Source of the DNA: Phoronis australis
Lineage: Eukaryota > Animalia > Phoronida
Direction of reading: 5' to 3'
Length of the DNA stretch: 64,000 bases
Assembly (NCBI GenBank): GCA_002633005.1
Contig: NMRA01000803.1
Coordinates: 41,054-105,053 of the forward strand
Below are positions 59,474 through 64,000 of the stretch, piece after piece. The position numbers and the translations under genes were made by a program. Below the pieces are notes generated by a model. It did no database searches. It had not been told where the DNA came from and saw only the letters and a list, made by a program, of their open reading frames with translations. Position 1 is the first letter of the stretch, and every line of letters starts with the position of its first letter.

Positions 59474-59739
59474 AGGGCATACCAAATAACGGGACATACG
59501 AAGTTCACACGGATTCCCGGTGTGCATGGTCCAGAGCTGCAGACAAGAGACAAAACTGGATACGCACTTGTCACCCTGACTGTGGAAAACATAACAGGAT
59601 TGTGGACGAACACAAGTCCATGACCTGTGAGTGGATTAAAGGCGTTGAGTACAAACGCGTGAACCCGACGGAGTACTACTTCTTCTGCCGCTGTGTCTGC
59701 GGGCGCTATGCCGACGACGGCAAATGTAATATCTCCTAA
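59474..59739 (+). CDS. Putative terminal exon of a cysteine-rich (8 Cys) secreted peptide, macin/CSab-like
   Basis: Acceptor tgtttttgcag, phase 1, 87 open codons: GIPNNGTYEVHTDSRCAWSRAADKRQNWIRTCHPDCGKHNRIVDEHKSMTCEWIKGVEYKRVNPTEYYFFCRCVCGRYADDGKCNIS*. GC-richer than its flanks, with AATAAA at ~59884. Not in the ORF track because no early start codon is in frame. Confidence 0.55.
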
Positions 59740-62700
59740 TATGCCTGACTCCTAACTGTAATAGCACATTAATTCAGATATTGGATATATCAAGTCTAAT
59801 ACCATGTGCTATTGCCACGGGTTTCCTGTAAACCTATTTCTAGGAGTGTACTACTGATTTGGTGATTTTGGCGTGATTCTGTTAATAAAGTGACGCCAAT
59901 TATGCATTTTCTTTCTCTTCATCTTCTTCATGTCATAAAACTTAAAGAAAAAAGCACAGCATCGTAGTTACTTCGAGAATGTTTTATTGTGCATAACAAT
60001 GATACATCTGGACATTCGCTCACTTGTTGAAGGCCATCAATGCCTCCGTTCTACTTATTTTCTGTCTATTTATAATTTTCTACCTCATTTTACTCGTCAT
60101 GGAACTGAACGTGCAAGCATCAAATGCTGAAATTTTTGGGATATTGGTGAACTTGGAAAACATAAACAATCATTGCTGTGTTTATGTGTTTACGAAAACA
60201 CCTATACATAACACTGCGGACTTTGTGCACGCGCAAAGTCAAATGTTCAAGTTAATGCTTGAGTTTAAAAACAACCACATCAAAATTTTAACCGTTGTTC
60301 GAGCAACACTTTTTGACGGATTTGTTGAGCTTGTGTAATAATGTTAAAATGGTATCATAATAGTGGGTGACTCATTGATGGGTTAGGAGATAGCCACAAA
60401 GGGGGAAAGCGCTTACGAATGGCCAAAGTTCTTGCCCGTTGACTGCAGTCAGGAGCCTTACAACTGGGACGTATAATACCATGTTGTAGGGGAACAGATT
60501 TGAATTCATGAAAAGGCCTTTTTGGAGAGCCAATGAGCTGACGTTTAAGGTTTTGCACTGTTTAAATTTGTCTTGTTATTAGTAAGAAGCCTAAACTGAG
60601 ACCTTCTTACCAGTCGCCACCTGCTTCGTGGATTCAGTCTTCCAACTGGTCCATCGGCCTCTGCCCATAATTCACTCGTGAACATTCCCCAATTATTTAC
60701 AGGCGTCCGGGAGAAACCCGTGGCGTGTGGCGGGTATTAGTCGAGAAAGGAAGACACAACCAAATTTTTATAGAACATTTGTTATACTGGTCAGGACATT
60801 TTTGTTTGAGGTTCCCCGTTTTTTGGGTCGCCGTGTGACAACCCAATGTGTCCAGGTTATTTTCTGTCTTGTATTGTTGATTTGTGGTTTACATGTTTAT
60901 GTATCCACGAAAATCGACTGAATCAAAGACCATTTTGAAAATTAAAAGCTAATCTTGTAAAAACTTGATGATGCATGAGTGAACTTGGATGCAAGCTGAC
61001 ATTCTTGAAAATTCCTATCATCACACTAGCCGTTTCCGGATACTGCGCGTGCAACCTCACATTAGTCGTGGTGCGGGTAGTGTGCACGCAATCTAATATT
61101 AATCGTGTTCCAGGTAGTGAACATGCAATCTAACATTACCAATACGTATTTTTCAACATTGAGTTACTGGACGAAACGCAGGCACACAGACTGGGTTACA
61201 TTTATATTGAAATTGTTTCGATCACTAAGGGCCAGGGGTATTATATGTTTACTCGAGATTATTGTTGGCATTTTCTATAATTCTACTTTGATGCAAACTC
61301 AAGATAAAGGTTTACTACTCTATACTCAAGTACATGTTAATGGTTTGCATTTTTGATGGTCCCAACATTACGCCGAAAATTCGAGTCTGAAATCGTAATT
61401 TCGAGTTTTTGCTCGAAATCTCGAGTTTTTTACTCTAGGCTTCGGGTACAAATATTATACTCTGGCCCTAGATTTCTAAGTTTAATTAATTAAGAGAATA
61501 TGATACATTAATTGCAATACAATAAGAAAAACATGACGTCTCCAATCTCATCAAGTCAGCAAATACATTTTGCTCATTGAAAAGATGGCATTGCCTCACG
61601 GATCGGTTGACAGGAGCATCAAAGAAGCTGCAGTGAGCAATTCTTCACGGTTACGTCACCTGACCTCTAAGAGCACGTGCACGGTGAAATAACCTATCGC
61701 AATCTCCGCCCCTTGCGAAATGTCGACCAAAAACAATAAGATTTCCCCGGTAACGTGTTGTTTGTCGGGTAATATGGTGGCTTGGAAACGAAGGTGTGTC
61801 AAGAATGCTTTGCTCTGATTGGTCAGTTAAGCCATCACTCAAAATCCTGGCGATAGGTCAATTGACCTATCGCAAGCTCCGCCCCCTTGCGAAAAGTCAC
61901 GTGACACCCGACAAACAAACAAGATTTCAGAGGTAAATACACTGTCGCTAAACTACGTTCCTGGTGGAATCGATAAGTGTTTTGTGCACTATCCGAAAAC
62001 GCTTCGACAAAGACAACAGAAGATGTTTTTCAGCAAAGAATCCTAAGTTTATGATGTGGGAATTTGCAAAGGTGACGATGAAAAAATAAGAGTTTGAGGA
62101 AAAGTATTTCGGAGCCAGCGAAAATCTATTATCGAAACACATCAGAAACACGAAGCTTGGACTGCAAAATATATATTTTTGGGGAATTATGGAATAGATT
62201 TATATAATTATAAATGTTCTTTGTATAATAGTTAACAAATTTTACATCAGTAATTTCAAGGCTTTAGACAGTAAGGCAAAAAGCATTATTCAATATATTT
62301 CTGATTGTCGATTTCGGAATGCTGTGCGTATTTTTTAAGATTTAATAAGACGCGAGATCTACTCAAATTCTCATTAATTTCAAAACTTCTATGGCAAAGT
62401 CAATAATTCCTTGGACTCGTAAAGACCCTGTATGACATCATGTACTGGTTGACTCGAAGCTGCAACCTGTTGTAATAAGTCAAGCACTTTTTCGAATTGG
62501 CATGTTTACGCATCAGCTCAATCAAGTGTAACAGGAGTGATCTCATCTCTGACTCTGTATTAGCATGACACCTGTTGGTCGTCGTCGGTACTAGTGCATT
62601 CGTATAATTTGGTCATACCTTATTTGGTCAGGGACCATGAATTCCACTAAGGTTTAGCCCTTAAACTTTCGGCTAATTCGCCCTATTTACTCTGAAAGCA

Positions 62701-62813
62701 AGTGATCGTTCTCGTAGTTCTCCCCACAAAACACTGGGGCTTAATTGTCTAACAAGACGCATCAATCACAAACGTACGCTCACCGCACTTACATTCCAGA
62801 CCAAAGACCGACA

Positions 62814-62843
62814 ATGTCCGACAAAGCCACTCCAAGATTGCTT
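62814..62843 (+). CDS. Possible short first coding exon of an unidentified gene
   Basis: acaATG TCC GAC AAA GCC ACT CCA AGA TTG CTT followed by the consensus donor GTGAGTA. No downstream exon identified in the window. Confidence 0.2.
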
Positions 62844-63573
62844 GTGAGTATACGTACTAGCGACTGTTATTGTTTTGCTTAGTTAATAAATGCTTCATAC
62901 TGTAAACTACAGCTTGGCGATTGTTTCCTTTGACTTAAAAATCTTTCGTTTTAATACTAAAATAAAGTTCACAAGTCCTGTCCGGGCCCGAGAACGAGAC
63001 GCACCGAGCATCTCGATTACACAAGTATCGCCTGGACGGAAGTATATACAAGGCGAGGCCGGTCATTTTTCTCACGATCCACAAGTGATGTTTCGCGAGG
63101 GTCTATTTGTGCACCTCGGAAGCCATGTGAGACGACTTCTCCTCGTCCCCACTCACGCTCATCCCCTGCATGAACTGTAGAATAAACTCGCAGCAGTGTT
63201 CTTGCTCATGACTGAGGGCGTCCAGACGCAGCCTTCGTGGTTGTTAAGTCGTTCGATATTTCATAGTCTAACATCGACTGAACAGTATTGTACTGGTGGC
63301 CACCATCAGAAGCGAGGTGCTCTCAAGAATTGATATTTTGTACGACAAAGCTGATGCCACAAAAGCAAAGATATGTCCTACAGGTGTGAAAACCTGAAAA
63401 AGAAATTTAACAAACCAAGACTTCAACGGAATCAACAAAAGATGCCATAAAACAGCGAAACTTGTACAAAATTTCCTGACCATTCTTGAAAAAATAGGTA
63501 TTTCAACAAAACTACGACATTACATCTTTCAGACACACAAGTCAACAATACAGTCACATGTCAAAAGTAAAGC

Positions 63574-63862
63574 TGGCCTGTTCCAAGAAACTGACTTAAG
63601 TTCATTTTTTACTTAAGTTTAAGATTTGTTTTAACTTCCAAACTTTGAAACTTCTACATTCGGTAAGTAAGTCAAAATTAAGACAAAACGTATGTCAAAC
63701 ACTTACGTCAAACTTTTAAGTTTGACGTAAGTGTTTGACGTAAGTGATCTTAAAAGATCTCTTTCTTGAATTGGTTTTGAGACAAATTTAACTTTTATTT
63801 TAGAATTTACAAAAATTTAAGATTTTTCTTACCTAAGTCAGTTTTATTGGAAGGGGCCCCAG
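63574..63862. mobile_element. Harbinger-like MITE with an internal palindrome
   Basis: ggcctgttccaagaaactgacttaag...cctaagtcagttttattggaaggggcc termini. Central palindrome gtcaaacacttacgtcaaact-ttta-agtttgacgtaagtgtttgac. Confidence 0.6.
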
Positions 63863-64000
63863 GTTAAATACCGTTTCTCATCACGAGCAGTCATTCTAGT
63901 TACTTGGAGGAGAATTCCACTTACACACAGTCGTCACGGCAGAGAATTTTGGGTCAGCTTTATCTGGTTGTTGTTTTTTTTTTGTTTTTTTTTTTTTTTT

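Noticed and set aside
59060-59623. 187-aa His-rich ORF with a signal-peptide-like N-terminus (tempting as a metal-binding or biomineral protein)
   Set aside because: Starts at GTG with an in-frame stop shortly upstream. The His tract is a (CAT)n microsatellite open in several frames, and the region sits directly before a better-supported exon in another frame.

Overview
AT-rich animal genomic DNA, probably from a marine invertebrate such as a lophotrochozoan (inferred from repeat content; species not determinable). The first ~32 kb is a compact cluster of four housekeeping genes whose exons were reconstructed by hand: UBE2J2 (-, 5 coding exons, 236 aa), B3GALT6 (+, one coding exon), MRPL47 (-, 5 exons, 251 aa) and PHB2 (+, 8 exons, 299 aa). 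They form two head-to-head pairs. PHB2 intron 6 is a U12-type intron with apparent AT-AA termini and hosts a composite C/D-H/ACA scaRNA of the U85/U89 type, carrying a U5 Cm45 guide. The PHB2 3' end appears twice across a single N, probably as uncollapsed haplotypes, and one copy carries a Helentron-type insertion. Between UBE2J2 and B3GALT6 lie two inverted miniature LTR retroelements whose LTRs contain a tRNA-derived Pol III promoter. The second half is gene-poor and repeat-rich. It holds a Penelope-like element (RT + GIY-YIG, hammerhead-like motif, tRNA-like module), a LINE relic, many MITEs, a ~72-bp minisatellite, and an unannotated terminal exon for an 8-Cys macin-like peptide. No prokaryotic features or CRISPR arrays were seen.
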